Assembly: GCA_036229005.1 (NCBI GenBank)
Contig: JAZAMN010000049.1
Location: 32,001 to 96,000 of the forward strand
Direction: 5' to 3'
Length of the DNA stretch: 64,000 bases
Origin: Myxococcota bacterium
GTDB taxonomy: Bacteria; Myxococcota_A; UBA796; CAJQPC01
Below, piece by piece: positions 19,201 through 28,351 of the stretch. Positions within the stretch are counted from its first letter, which is position 1, and every line of letters begins with the position of its first letter. Under the pieces are notes generated by a model. It was not told the origin of the DNA. It did not search any database and saw nothing but the letters and a program-made list of their open reading frames with translations. A program made the position numbers and the translations under genes.

Positions 19201-19725
19201 GAAGCCGACCGCCTCTTCCAGTCCTCCCGGGCCAACGCCGCCGCCGCCGGCGAGGTGCGCATGCAGCTCAACGCCCTCAACGGCCGAGGCGAGGTCGCCC
19301 GGCTGCGCGGACAGGTGGAGCGCGCGCGACAGATCTACGAGACCTACGGCTCCCTGGCCCACGCCAAGGGCTTCTTCCTGCTGGAGGCCGTCTCGATCAT
19401 CAACCGCGCCCTGCTGGCCCTCAACGGCAGCGATCTGCACCAGGCGGAGACCCTCGCCATCCAAGCCGCCCAGGTCATGGCCACCCGCCCCCGCTCCTGG
19501 CTGTGGCTGCACATCGCCATGATCCGCGCCGCCGCCGCCGCGCAGGCCGGTGACCTCGACCGCACCACCCAGTGGTGGGAGCTCGCGCGGGAACGGGGCC
19601 TGGAGGATGTGCGCACCAGCGACCTCTACGGCCCCCTCCGCCTCGTCTCCCAGAGCGCGGAGCGGCACGGCTGGGCAGATCTCCAGGCCAGCGCCAGCCG
19701 GATCCTGGCGCGGATCGCCCGCTGA
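16261..19725 (+). CDS. Ser/Thr protein kinase - P-loop ATPase - TPR protein (STAND-like)
   Basis: LGTGTTAQV, VAFK, HLDLKPEN, DLG, GTPTFMAPEQ; Walker A GGAGSGKT; Walker B LILDD; C-terminal TPR-like repeats; GTG start with GAGAGG. Confidence 0.9.
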   Translation: MPTSPPPLPSRYTCLHRLGTGTTAQVYLARDEVNQQQVAFKVVRQNLALHRRFRARFAREVSLSARLVHPHLVPVHDAGTLSDGRPFVAMAYADQGNLSDLLRQGLRTTRLLKLCEQVCRALAALHSRGFLHLDLKPENVLVHTDSEGQPAAWLSDLGIADEVSDLLRSAQRSAGTPTFMAPEQLRGHTQELGPWTDLFAVGLILHEALGGVREDSMLPAELLDLRLRGMPELEPQRGIPEELIVLVRNLLDPEPRQRYDRAADVRRLIRAIRKSMAEDDPELRLDLSDGEWSMMDQTGPLPGEAFVEEEPEAPVALRWNRVPPGRLPKTPPLRPPAAPPPASLALLALRERPLEERDAEVLEVWSQAHEVVDTQSARVVLLTGGAGSGKTAFARNIGRVLEEGGWMDVVTLRYHEPPSADDGSTGAVSGLLLPWQDTTQDLQDRLCRWIARDRETTLDRVKNEARVLTRWCGHSGEGPPPDAAVGLHYLVRHLDRRAWRGGSCLILDDAHLAQELGEGLSLAEAILEGAMGRRPLLVVVTLDSEALEGSLAERVDSLVSRGATRIELQPLGAEAAQRMLEKSYQVAPELAERLAHYMPNHPFYAGALLRDLAARGHLDTTEAGELVLKEGKQLANLIPPSLEKLFSSRLQAALYAAEDNEAANLALAAIALAGPRPPVAVIKHISEGGVDSLMASGLVLQEAGMLRFEEQRLRAVAIDHAHKHANVPAIHASLAQGWAALGERTGAIVDLPLGRHRLRAGQHRRAVPLLLRSARHLLASNRYAAAGRAAGLAGEAADALDTLSQRQEARRLQAEALLGLERTDEALEKVREARQLGKGERLVRARMVSLEARINLELGRSERAAELAESAFQGFWALRDREGQAEVALLRGQLARAENRLKDAVEQFELVLSHRPVWHPSTVAALSALAELCLHQGQPKRARRAVHHLADAARRTGNTRISSAANFAAGRVMLAEGHYEEADRLFQSSRANAAAAGEVRMQLNALNGRGEVARLRGQVERARQIYETYGSLAHAKGFFLLEAVSIINRALLALNGSDLHQAETLAIQAAQVMATRPRSWLWLHIAMIRAAAAAQAGDLDRTTQWWELARERGLEDVRTSDLYGPLRLVSQSAERHGWADLQASASRILARIAR

Positions 19726-19773
19726 CATCAGCCCGTCGCTTCTCGGCGGCAGACAGGTGGTTAATCCACCTCC

Positions 19774-22368
19774 ATGAACGACATCCTGCAGACCGCGAGC
19801 GCCCTCGAGCTGGGCGATATCCGCCGCCACATCCCCCTGGACGGCAACCTGCCCTACCCCGCTGGCGGGAGCGCCAAGGCCCACCTGGTCCAGAGCGGCA
19901 GCGGCGTCTGGCTCATCGCGCAGGCCCCCGGCCGCGATCCCATCCAGCGCAGCGTGGCCGGCAACCCGACCCTGCGTCTGGAGACGCGCATGCTCGGCGA
20001 CCGCCTCCACCTGGACGGTCAGAGCTTCGGCATCCCCTTCGGCCGCAGCCAGGACGTCCGCTTGGCGATCGGCGCCGGTCGCGTCTTCGCGGAGCGCCCC
20101 GTCAGCGGCCCCATCACCCCGGTGGAGGGCGTGTTCTGTGACCCCGCCGAGGAGACCGCCCAGGCCTGGCTGCGCGCCAACCTCGAGCCCGAAGAGCGCG
20201 TGCTGGCCTGGCTCTCCAGCAGCGAGTCCCGCGCCCTCGGCTCCGAGATCATCGACAGCGACGTCGCGCCCGTCCGCTACCTGCTGACCTCCGAGCGCGC
20301 CCTGCTCGTCATCATCAACGAGGTCGCCGACCGCCTCATCCTCCCTCTCCCCCGCGAGCCCCTGGGCGTCGAAGAGGGCGGCGGCCGCCGGGAGATCCGC
20401 AGCGGCCACCAGCGCTGGACCTCCACCCGCACCAACGTGGCCCTCTACCGCGGCGTGGCCGAGCTCCAGGGCAAGCAGCGCTCCGGGCGTCTGCGCAGCG
20501 CGGCCCAGGCCAACCACGGCGCGCACCCCCAGATCGCCGCCCACCTGCTGGGGGCCATCGGGAGCGACGCCACCCCCGTCGACGGCCTGATCACCGCCCT
20601 CTTCCGCGGCCAGATCGGCGACCAGGACGCCCCCAAGGACCGCGTCCTGCTCAAGCTGATCCGGCAGGTCCGCAGCACCCACGAAGACTCCTTCGAGCTC
20701 CTGGATCTGCTCCAGCGCTGGTCCCTCGGCGGCCCCGAGCTCATGCGCATCGTCAAGCTGGGCGTGGACGACGCCCCCGAGTCCGCCGAGTGGTTCCTGG
20801 CGCTGCACCGCGCCGCCCACCAGGCCGCCACCGGAGAGGGCGCCGAGGCCGCCGCCGCCGATCTCGCCCTCGCCGAGCACCTGCTGTTGGCCGGCCGCCA
20901 GGACGAGGCCCTGGTCCTCCTCGAAGACCGCTTCGCCTCCCTGCCCGACGAGCAGCTCTCCGACCTGCTGCCCCCCCTGGACGCCGACCTCACCGAGGGC
21001 CAGGCCGGTCAGGCCCTGCGCATCCGCACCCTGGAGCTGCTGGCCGCCGCCCGCGGCGACACCCGCCCGGATCTCCCCACCGTCGCCGAGCTGGCGCGCC
21101 TCCAGCCTCTGGTCAGCGAGCGCCTGCAGCTCCTGGTCGAAGAGAGCGCCGACCGCCTCGACATGGAGGAGCTCAACCTCCGGGCCACCCAGTGCCTCGC
21201 GCTCTTCAAGGATCTCTCCGCCGGCGAGGACAGACTGGAGCCGACCGCACCCCCGCCCGCGTTCGACGGCACCCAGCTTGAGATGCTGCGGCACCCCGCG
21301 GCCCGCAGCGAGGGCACGCTGTCCTGGCTCCAGGGCTGGCTGGCCCGCCAGAAGCGCCCGGACGCCGTCACCATCAAGAACTATTGCGAGCGCCTCAGCC
21401 CGCAGCGCCACAAGCCCGCCGTGCGGGCCCTCACCCAGTCCGTCTCGGCGCTGGGGCTCCCTGGGGTCGAGGCCTACATCAGCCACGGCGAGCTGGCCCA
21501 CGGCCTGCGCGCCTACCACGACGACCCCCACTACCTGCTGATCGGTGGTGCCCACCTCTACGACGAGGACGCCGACTACATGCGCCCCGCCGAGCTGCGC
21601 TTCGCGGTCGGCGCGGAGATGGCGCACATCCGCTTCGAGCACACCCGCGTGACCAGCGGCGAGGTCTGGGACGGCACCGTGGACAAGCTCAGCTCCGCGC
21701 TGGACATCGCCGCGACCGCCCTGACCCTGGGCTCCTACGCCCCCGTGGGCAAGGTCCTGGAGTCCAAGACCACCCACAAGCTGCTCTCCTCGCTGTTCTC
21801 GCCGACCACGCTCCAGCGCATCTACAAGGGCACGGACGGCGCCAAGGCCATCACCACGGTGGGCGGCGACTTCACCCAGGCCCTCAAGAAGGGCGCGGAC
21901 GGCGCCGGCCGGGCCCAGACCCTGAGCATCGCCGCCAAGGGCGCCATGGAGCGCGTGCGCGGCGTGGGTGTGGCCGCCCCCGCGGGCGGGCGCTCCAGCC
22001 TGGGGGTGGACGAGCAGAAGCTCATCGTGGCCCACCGCGTCATGCAGCTCACCGCCGATCGCGTCGGCCTGGTGCTGTGCGGGGACATCCGCTCCGCTGT
22101 GCGCGCGCTCTTCCTGAGCTCCGCCCGCTACCTGCCCGAGCTGGCCATCGCGGAGGAGCACGGGCTGGACCACGCCCTGCAGCGCCGGGACAGCGAGGGC
22201 CGCATCCTGCACCAGGACCTGGCCATCCGGGTGGGCGCCCTGATCTCCTTCTACCTGAGCGCTGAGTACGAAGCCCTCCGCACCTCACTGGCGCCCAAGC
22301 GTGCACAGCTTGGGTCTTCGGACCTGGCGACGGCGCAGCCGTTGCCGGCCGGAGCCGGCGAGGAGTAG
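19774..22368 (+). CDS. Hypothetical protein with a C-terminal degenerate M48-peptidase-like domain
   Basis: ELRFAVGAEMAHIR (HExxH changed to AExxH) and QLTADRVGLVLCGD (normally ELTADR). Confidence 0.7.
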   Translation: MNDILQTASALELGDIRRHIPLDGNLPYPAGGSAKAHLVQSGSGVWLIAQAPGRDPIQRSVAGNPTLRLETRMLGDRLHLDGQSFGIPFGRSQDVRLAIGAGRVFAERPVSGPITPVEGVFCDPAEETAQAWLRANLEPEERVLAWLSSSESRALGSEIIDSDVAPVRYLLTSERALLVIINEVADRLILPLPREPLGVEEGGGRREIRSGHQRWTSTRTNVALYRGVAELQGKQRSGRLRSAAQANHGAHPQIAAHLLGAIGSDATPVDGLITALFRGQIGDQDAPKDRVLLKLIRQVRSTHEDSFELLDLLQRWSLGGPELMRIVKLGVDDAPESAEWFLALHRAAHQAATGEGAEAAAADLALAEHLLLAGRQDEALVLLEDRFASLPDEQLSDLLPPLDADLTEGQAGQALRIRTLELLAAARGDTRPDLPTVAELARLQPLVSERLQLLVEESADRLDMEELNLRATQCLALFKDLSAGEDRLEPTAPPPAFDGTQLEMLRHPAARSEGTLSWLQGWLARQKRPDAVTIKNYCERLSPQRHKPAVRALTQSVSALGLPGVEAYISHGELAHGLRAYHDDPHYLLIGGAHLYDEDADYMRPAELRFAVGAEMAHIRFEHTRVTSGEVWDGTVDKLSSALDIAATALTLGSYAPVGKVLESKTTHKLLSSLFSPTTLQRIYKGTDGAKAITTVGGDFTQALKKGADGAGRAQTLSIAAKGAMERVRGVGVAAPAGGRSSLGVDEQKLIVAHRVMQLTADRVGLVLCGDIRSAVRALFLSSARYLPELAIAEEHGLDHALQRRDSEGRILHQDLAIRVGALISFYLSAEYEALRTSLAPKRAQLGSSDLATAQPLPAGAGEE

Positions 22369-22369
22369 C

Positions 22370-24139
22370 TCAGGCGGTGGGGGCAGCGGTGGTGTCCGCC
22401 TCGGTTCCCTCTCCTCCCTCTGGAGCCTTCCGGGCGCGGAAGCGGGCGATGTCCACCTGCAGGGACTCCCAGTTGAGCCACAGGATCATCACGCCGGTGT
22501 AGAGCATCAGGCCCCAGGCCATCCAGCCGATGTGCACCACGCGCCAGTGGGAGTGGTTCTGCTGCACCCAGTTGATGGCGGACTCCAGCGCGAAGAGCCC
22601 AGCCAGCCCGACGGCGTTGCGGCCCTTGGAGAGATCGCCCGCGTGCATGGCGACCAGGGTCCCGCGGATGACGTAGTAGTAGTAGCTGGCGGTGGCCATC
22701 AGGAAGAAGGGCACCACGCCAAAGGCGAAGGCCTCGTCGTCGTCCTTGCGGCGCAGACCCAGGCCCAGGAGCAGGACCAGCAGGATGGCCACGGGCTGAC
22801 GCCAGGACTTCTGCATGGCGATGCGCGTGCGGCGGCCGGCGTTCATGCGGTTGTTGAAGCTGGGCTTGGGGCGGCCCTGGGTCACGTAGGTCAGGGACTG
22901 GCCCATCTCCTCGGGCAGGAACGCGGCGCCGATGGCGAAGCCCTGGCGCATGGAGGAGAGGTTCTCTTCGGTCGTGTGCTCGAAGAGGTTCTCGAAGTGC
23001 TTCTCGATGGGCTGCGCGGAGCCGAAGGTGGCCACGACCCCGCCCCACAGGGCCAGGTGCACCGCGAAGAACAGGCCGCCCAGCTTGAGCAGGGGCATCG
23101 GGAAGGGCCGCGGCGAGGACACCTTGCGGGCCTTGTCCCAGGCCCACTCCCCCAGCTCGATGGCGCCCTTGACCGCGGGGCCGAAGAGCCAGACGGCGGG
23201 GAAGACGCGGAAGGCGGTGGACAGGGCGGTGGCGGCGCCGGCCCAGCCGTGCTTGAGCTTCTTGAGCAGGGCCGTGGCGATGATCAGCAGCGAGACGTAG
23301 TCGTAGCGGCCGAAGGCCCAGGTCAGGGTCGGCCAGCGCATGCTGTAGGTGGTCATCAGGAAGAGCAGCAGCCAGGCGGCGGCCTCGAAGCCGTAGGCCC
23401 AGGCCACGAAGCCCACGGCCACCAGCAGCCAGGCCAGGTCGGTGTAGCCCAGCAGCTTGACCCACTCGACGGGGACGGCCTGCGCCATGGGCTTGGCGAT
23501 CATCACCCAGGTGGGCGCGCCGTTGAAGCCGTGGTCCCAGACCATCTGCTCCCAGGTGCTCTGGGTGAAGCCCACGACGTTGCGCTGCAGGTACACAAAG
23601 TCGTGCTTGAACTGCTCCCACTGCTCGGGGGAGTCGAAGAGCGCGCGGATGCGCTCGTGCTCGGCCTTGTCGCGGGCGAAGGCGCCGTACTCGACGAAGT
23701 AGTAGCCCTGCTCCTCGGTCTGGAACTGCACCGTGGGGGGCATGCGGAAGTGGGGGCCGCCCTCCTCCAGGTCCGCGAGCAGCACCGCCGGGTAGAGCTC
23801 GAAGTAGCCGAGCTGATCGTAGTAGCGGGCGTTGAGGTAGTAGTGGGTGAGGTCGTAGGCGTCGACGCGCCCCGCCTTCACGTCGCCCAGGCCGTAGACA
23901 TAGGTCCAGTCGTGGCGGGCGTAGTTCTCCACGGACATCAGGGTCAGGCCGCCCAGCAGCGCGAGCAGGCCGATGCGGCTGCCCTTGGCGAGCTTGTCCT
24001 GACGGGGCTTGAGCCAGCGATTCCAGGCCCAGAAGAGCAGGACGAGCACGGCGGCGGCGCCGGCCAGCCACACCTTCATCTCTTCGGTCTGGTTTCGGGA
24101 CAGGCGGGTGAAGGCCCACCACTGGTTGAGGATGTCCAT
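22370..24139 (-). CDS. Multi-pass membrane protein, GT-C (GT87-like) glycosyltransferase candidate
   Basis: About 10 hydrophobic segments, YDLTHYYLNARY, DHGFNGAPTW, RVFPAVW. Confidence 0.6.
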   Translation of the reverse strand: MDILNQWWAFTRLSRNQTEEMKVWLAGAAAVLVLLFWAWNRWLKPRQDKLAKGSRIGLLALLGGLTLMSVENYARHDWTYVYGLGDVKAGRVDAYDLTHYYLNARYYDQLGYFELYPAVLLADLEEGGPHFRMPPTVQFQTEEQGYYFVEYGAFARDKAEHERIRALFDSPEQWEQFKHDFVYLQRNVVGFTQSTWEQMVWDHGFNGAPTWVMIAKPMAQAVPVEWVKLLGYTDLAWLLVAVGFVAWAYGFEAAAWLLLFLMTTYSMRWPTLTWAFGRYDYVSLLIIATALLKKLKHGWAGAATALSTAFRVFPAVWLFGPAVKGAIELGEWAWDKARKVSSPRPFPMPLLKLGGLFFAVHLALWGGVVATFGSAQPIEKHFENLFEHTTEENLSSMRQGFAIGAAFLPEEMGQSLTYVTQGRPKPSFNNRMNAGRRTRIAMQKSWRQPVAILLVLLLGLGLRRKDDDEAFAFGVVPFFLMATASYYYYVIRGTLVAMHAGDLSKGRNAVGLAGLFALESAINWVQQNHSHWRVVHIGWMAWGLMLYTGVMILWLNWESLQVDIARFRARKAPEGGEGTEADTTAAPTA

Positions 24140-24264
24140 GAGCCCGGAGATACACCGGCAACCCCCGACCGGCCACCGCATCCTTGCGCATCTTGCGCTG
24201 CATCCCGCCCCCCGGGCTTGCAGTCGGCCCCTCAACGGGTGAGGTGCCGCACTCGGAGGTGACC

Positions 24265-26787
24265 GTGTTTCTCGCATTGCTCGCGACCCTTTCCTGCACC
24301 GGCTCCAGCCCCGCGGAGCTCACCGGCCAGGGAATCGTGGTGTCCGCGCCCACCCGAGAGGCGCGGGTCGAGCAGGCCCTGGAGCGCGCCGGCGCTGCCC
24401 GCCTGAACGAGGGACTGGTGGCTGCGCTCGTCGGTCACGAGGCCAAGATCTGGGCCGACGCCCCCGAGAAGATCAAGGACATGCCCCCCGGCATCGAGGT
24501 CAGCGACGCCTTCGGCAGCGCCGAGCGCAGCGCGCTGTTCTGGGGCACCGACGAGCAGGCCCTGCACCAGGCCATGCTGGACGACGGCGCCTCGCTGCTC
24601 TTCCTTCGCTGGGACATCAGCGGCAGCGTCGATCGGGGCAAGTGGGTGGCCAGCCGGCTGTACCACGACGACTACCGCCAGTTCTTCACCCTGGTGGCCC
24701 TGGACGACCACTACCGCGTCTACCAGGTCAACCCCCAGCCCAAGCAGTTCCCCCCCCAGCTCGCCCAGCTCACGGCGGAGGCGGTGCGCGCCGGGCTGCG
24801 CGGCGAGGAGATCCCTCCCCTGCCCAACCTCCCCACCGAGGACGGCAAGAAGTGGAACCTGCTCGCCACCATCCGCCTGGAGGGCGGCCGGGAGTTGGCC
24901 ACCGGGATGTGCTTCCGCGACACCTACGACGCCTGCGTGCGTGAGCTGGCCCGCGACCTGGAGCGCGAGCACCGCCGCTACGTGGAGTGGTACGGCGGCC
25001 CCAAGATCAAGGACCAGGCGGACGACTTCCTGATCCACGTCCACCGCGTCACCGAGCGGGCCCCCCTCTACGCCACCCAGCGCGAGCAGCTCGAGGTGCT
25101 CTTCGAGCGCGGCATCGACGGCGCCGTCATCCTGGAGCCCGAGAACGCCAAGGCCGCCATCATCCCCGGCAGCGTGGCCTACACCCGCAGCTACATCAGC
25201 GTGGACCGCATGCTGCGCCACGGCGCCCAGGAGTTCCACCTGGGGTCCCTGCGTCCCTGGCGCGAGCCCGAGAACCGCCTGGAGAAGATGCGGACCATCG
25301 AATACCTCCAGCTCCCCCCCAGCCCAGAGTACCCCCAGGCCCGCCTGGTGCCCCTGTTCCGCGGCGTCCCCCCGGTGCCCATGGAGAGCGTGGACATCCA
25401 GCGCCTGGAGGAGTCCGTCGTGGCCGCGGGCGACTGGTACATCCGCAACCTGCACCCCAACGACCAGCCCCTGAACTACGCGCCTGGGCAGGTCACCTAC
25501 AAGATGTGGCCCTCGGAGAACCGCTACTCCAACGAGTACAACCTGGTGCGCCACACCCTCTCGACCTGGAACCTGGTCCTGGCCTGGAACATCGAGCCCA
25601 AGCCTGAGTTCATCGAGGGCGCCCGCCGCTCCCTGGACTGGACCCTGAGCTGGGCCAAGACCGAGACCCTGCCCGACGGCACCAAGATGACCTTCATCGA
25701 GTACCCCCAGCTCGATGAGAACGGCCACAAGCGCCTGGTCGGCGACCCCAGCACGCCCCCCGCGGCCCTGGACGACCTCAACCCGGCCCACAACCGCAAG
25801 CTGGGCTCCGTGGTCGTCGGCCTGATGGGCATGATCGACCTCGCCCGCGCCACGGACGACCACCAGTGGGACGACCTGATGGTCGAGATGGGCAACTTCG
25901 TGCTGCACATGCAGGAGGACGACGGGCGCTTCAACCCCTACTACGTCCCCCCCACGCACCCGTACTACGGCGAGCGCAACGACATCGTCCCCGGCGAGGC
26001 CGCCCTGGCCCTGGTCATGCTCTACGAGTACACCGGCGACGAGAAGTGGATCGAGCCCATCCCCCGCTACTTCCAGTTCTACGAGGGCTGGTGGGACGAG
26101 CGCGTCGACCGCAACAACACCTCGCTGGCGTGGCCCGAGAACTACTACCCCAACGACCAGGACCGCCTGGATCTGGTGCAGTTCGGCCCCTGGAGCGTGA
26201 TGGCCGCCAACGCCTACCACCGCGCCACCGGCGACGACTCCGGCACCGACTTCGCCATGCGCGTGGGCGAGTGGATGATCGACAGCTACCAGTGGGACGA
26301 AGAGCGCGCCCCCTGGCCCGACTACGTGGGCGGCTACTACAAGAACCCCGCCGAGCTGCCCGCCATGCAGGCCTTCTGCTACGCCGAGGGCACCGCCGCC
26401 GCCTACCAGCTCGCCCTGCGCGCCCGCCCCGAGAAGCGCGAGTACTTCGAGCGCCACACCCGCGAGACCGCCCGCATCGCCCTGCAGATGCAGTACGACG
26501 ACCTGAGCGTCTACCCCTTCTCCCGCGGCGACGAGGTCTGGGGCTCCACCCGCTACACCCTGACCCAGACCAAGACCCGCATCGACTACGTGCACCACGC
26601 CCTGTCCGCGGTCTACCAGTACATCGAGGCCGCCAAGGTGGACCCCGACCTGCCCGCCAGCGTCAAGGTCTCCCCCCTGCGCCAGCAGATGGAGGCGATG
26701 GAGGCCCAGGCCCGCGGTGAGACCCCCGAGAGCGGAGCCCCGACCGCCCCCGTGCCCCCCAAGCAGGACCAGGCCGGGCAGGAGTAG
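24265..26787 (+). CDS. Lipoprotein with an AMMECR1-like region and an (alpha/alpha)-barrel-like C-terminus
   Basis: GGAGG RBS plus GTG, FLALLATLSC lipobox; RGIDGAVIL..AAIIPG; YNLVRH, KLGS, PGEAALAL, RIDYVHH. Confidence 0.65.
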   Translation: MFLALLATLSCTGSSPAELTGQGIVVSAPTREARVEQALERAGAARLNEGLVAALVGHEAKIWADAPEKIKDMPPGIEVSDAFGSAERSALFWGTDEQALHQAMLDDGASLLFLRWDISGSVDRGKWVASRLYHDDYRQFFTLVALDDHYRVYQVNPQPKQFPPQLAQLTAEAVRAGLRGEEIPPLPNLPTEDGKKWNLLATIRLEGGRELATGMCFRDTYDACVRELARDLEREHRRYVEWYGGPKIKDQADDFLIHVHRVTERAPLYATQREQLEVLFERGIDGAVILEPENAKAAIIPGSVAYTRSYISVDRMLRHGAQEFHLGSLRPWREPENRLEKMRTIEYLQLPPSPEYPQARLVPLFRGVPPVPMESVDIQRLEESVVAAGDWYIRNLHPNDQPLNYAPGQVTYKMWPSENRYSNEYNLVRHTLSTWNLVLAWNIEPKPEFIEGARRSLDWTLSWAKTETLPDGTKMTFIEYPQLDENGHKRLVGDPSTPPAALDDLNPAHNRKLGSVVVGLMGMIDLARATDDHQWDDLMVEMGNFVLHMQEDDGRFNPYYVPPTHPYYGERNDIVPGEAALALVMLYEYTGDEKWIEPIPRYFQFYEGWWDERVDRNNTSLAWPENYYPNDQDRLDLVQFGPWSVMAANAYHRATGDDSGTDFAMRVGEWMIDSYQWDEERAPWPDYVGGYYKNPAELPAMQAFCYAEGTAAAYQLALRARPEKREYFERHTRETARIALQMQYDDLSVYPFSRGDEVWGSTRYTLTQTKTRIDYVHHALSAVYQYIEAAKVDPDLPASVKVSPLRQQMEAMEAQARGETPESGAPTAPVPPKQDQAGQE

Positions 26788-26835
26788 ACTGGGCGCCCCG
26801 GGGGTCCTGGCCCCCTCCCTTCACCCGGACGGTCC

Positions 26836-27774
26836 ATGCTCCTGCCCCTCATCGCCGCCGCCACCGCGGCCGAGCCTGCCCACTACCACCCCGAGAACAT
26901 CGCCGCGCAGAGCCAGACCTTCGCGCGCTTTGCCCAGGTGGCCGGCCCCCGCTTCGAGGAGCTCCAGCAGCAGCTCGCCGGATCCGCGCGCGCCATCGAC
27001 CTGCTCGATACCTCGGTCAACCTGCTGGGGGACCGCGCCCCCGCGGAGCTCGTGGCCTACCGCGACGGCCTGCGCTCCGAGCTCGCCCGCGGCTACCTGG
27101 AGGCCCAGTCCCACGTCTCCTGGTTCGAGGAGGCCAGCTCCTCCGTCTTCCTCCAGGCCCTGGACCTGCAGCTCAAGTCCCTGGAGTCGGAGTACACCCT
27201 CACCCGCTGCAAGGCCCGCTCCGGCATCGGGGCCATCACCGGGCCCGGTGCCAGCCTCAAGTCCTGCGAGGGCACCGACCTGAACGCCCAGATCGCCGGC
27301 GCGCTCGACAGCTCACAGCAGCTCAGCGAGGTGGTGGATCAGCTCGTCGCAGAGCCTTGGCCCACCGTCGCAGTCCAGGGCACCGAGCAGCCCGTCGTGC
27401 CTTGGCTCGCCAGCGAGGACTACGTTCAGTTGGCCGTGCTCGAGCGCAAGCTGGCCGGCAAGGTCCAGCGCCTGAACGAGGCCCTGGACGATGACCTGGC
27501 CCCTCTGGAGGAGGCCCTGGCCGACACCAGCAGCGAAGCCGGCCAGCAGGCCCTCGCCGATGCCGAGGAGCTCCGAGGTGCCTACGAGGCCGAGGTGGCC
27601 CAGTGGGGAGCCACCCTGCTCGCGGCGCTCGAGAAGCCCCTCAAGAAGAAGAAGCTGCTGGTCGGCCTCTGCGCGAACCCCGAGGCCCTGGGTGGGTGTG
27701 TGGGCACGGACCGGACGGCCGATGTGATCGAGGCGGTCAAAGGCGACAAGAAGGTGCAGAAGGCGCTGCAGTAG
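26836..27774 (+). CDS. Secreted hypothetical helical protein
   Basis: MLLPLIAAATAA signal; coiled-coil-like; two Cys pairs. Confidence 0.8.
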   Translation: MLLPLIAAATAAEPAHYHPENIAAQSQTFARFAQVAGPRFEELQQQLAGSARAIDLLDTSVNLLGDRAPAELVAYRDGLRSELARGYLEAQSHVSWFEEASSSVFLQALDLQLKSLESEYTLTRCKARSGIGAITGPGASLKSCEGTDLNAQIAGALDSSQQLSEVVDQLVAEPWPTVAVQGTEQPVVPWLASEDYVQLAVLERKLAGKVQRLNEALDDDLAPLEEALADTSSEAGQQALADAEELRGAYEAEVAQWGATLLAALEKPLKKKKLLVGLCANPEALGGCVGTDRTADVIEAVKGDKKVQKALQ

Positions 27775-27817
27775 GGTCCAGAGGGAGTGGTAGCCTCCTG
27801 AAAATCGGGAGCTCACC

Positions 27818-28348
27818 ATGATTCACGTCCTCTTCGCGGCCGGCTTGGCCTGCACTGCCCCCACCAGCGAGGACACCGAGCTCCCCTCCACCACGCAGGA
27901 CAGCGACACCGGCGAAGACCAGGTCGGCTTCCCGTTGCCCTGTCAGGACGACGACCCCGCGGCACCCTACGGCACCCTCTGCCCCAAGGGCTTCGCAGCC
28001 GAGGACGCGCTCGTGCTCTCAGTGTTCTCCGACGAGCCGTTGCAGGACGCCCGCTTCGACATCCAGCTCAGCGACTACCGGGGCGAATGGACCGCCAGCC
28101 TGGGCTCCGAGAGCATCGAGTCGGGGGACGGGATCCACACCGCGGGCTTCTGGATGCCGAACGCCATCCACACCGGAGGGACCCTGGACGTCGACATCGC
28201 GCTGGAGCTGCCCTCGGGTCCGGCCGACCTCTGCGACGCGGAGGCCTTCTACTGGAAGGTCGTGTGGCTGGACCAGCAGGAGATCCCGCACACGGAGTCC
28301 GCGGACTGTGCGCACTGGAGCGTCACCTGGACCAACTCAGGCGCTTGA
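27818..28348 (+). CDS. Hypothetical lipoprotein
   Basis: MIHVLFAAGLAC lipobox; DSDTG linker; GGGAG RBS. Confidence 0.75.
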   Translation: MIHVLFAAGLACTAPTSEDTELPSTTQDSDTGEDQVGFPLPCQDDDPAAPYGTLCPKGFAAEDALVLSVFSDEPLQDARFDIQLSDYRGEWTASLGSESIESGDGIHTAGFWMPNAIHTGGTLDVDIALELPSGPADLCDAEAFYWKVVWLDQQEIPHTESADCAHWSVTWTNSGA

Positions 28349-28351
28349 GGT

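Noticed and set aside
16270..22212. 1980-aa ORF on the minus strand
   Set aside because: Antisense shadow of two real plus-strand genes; stop-poor because of high-GC codon bias; no recognisable motifs
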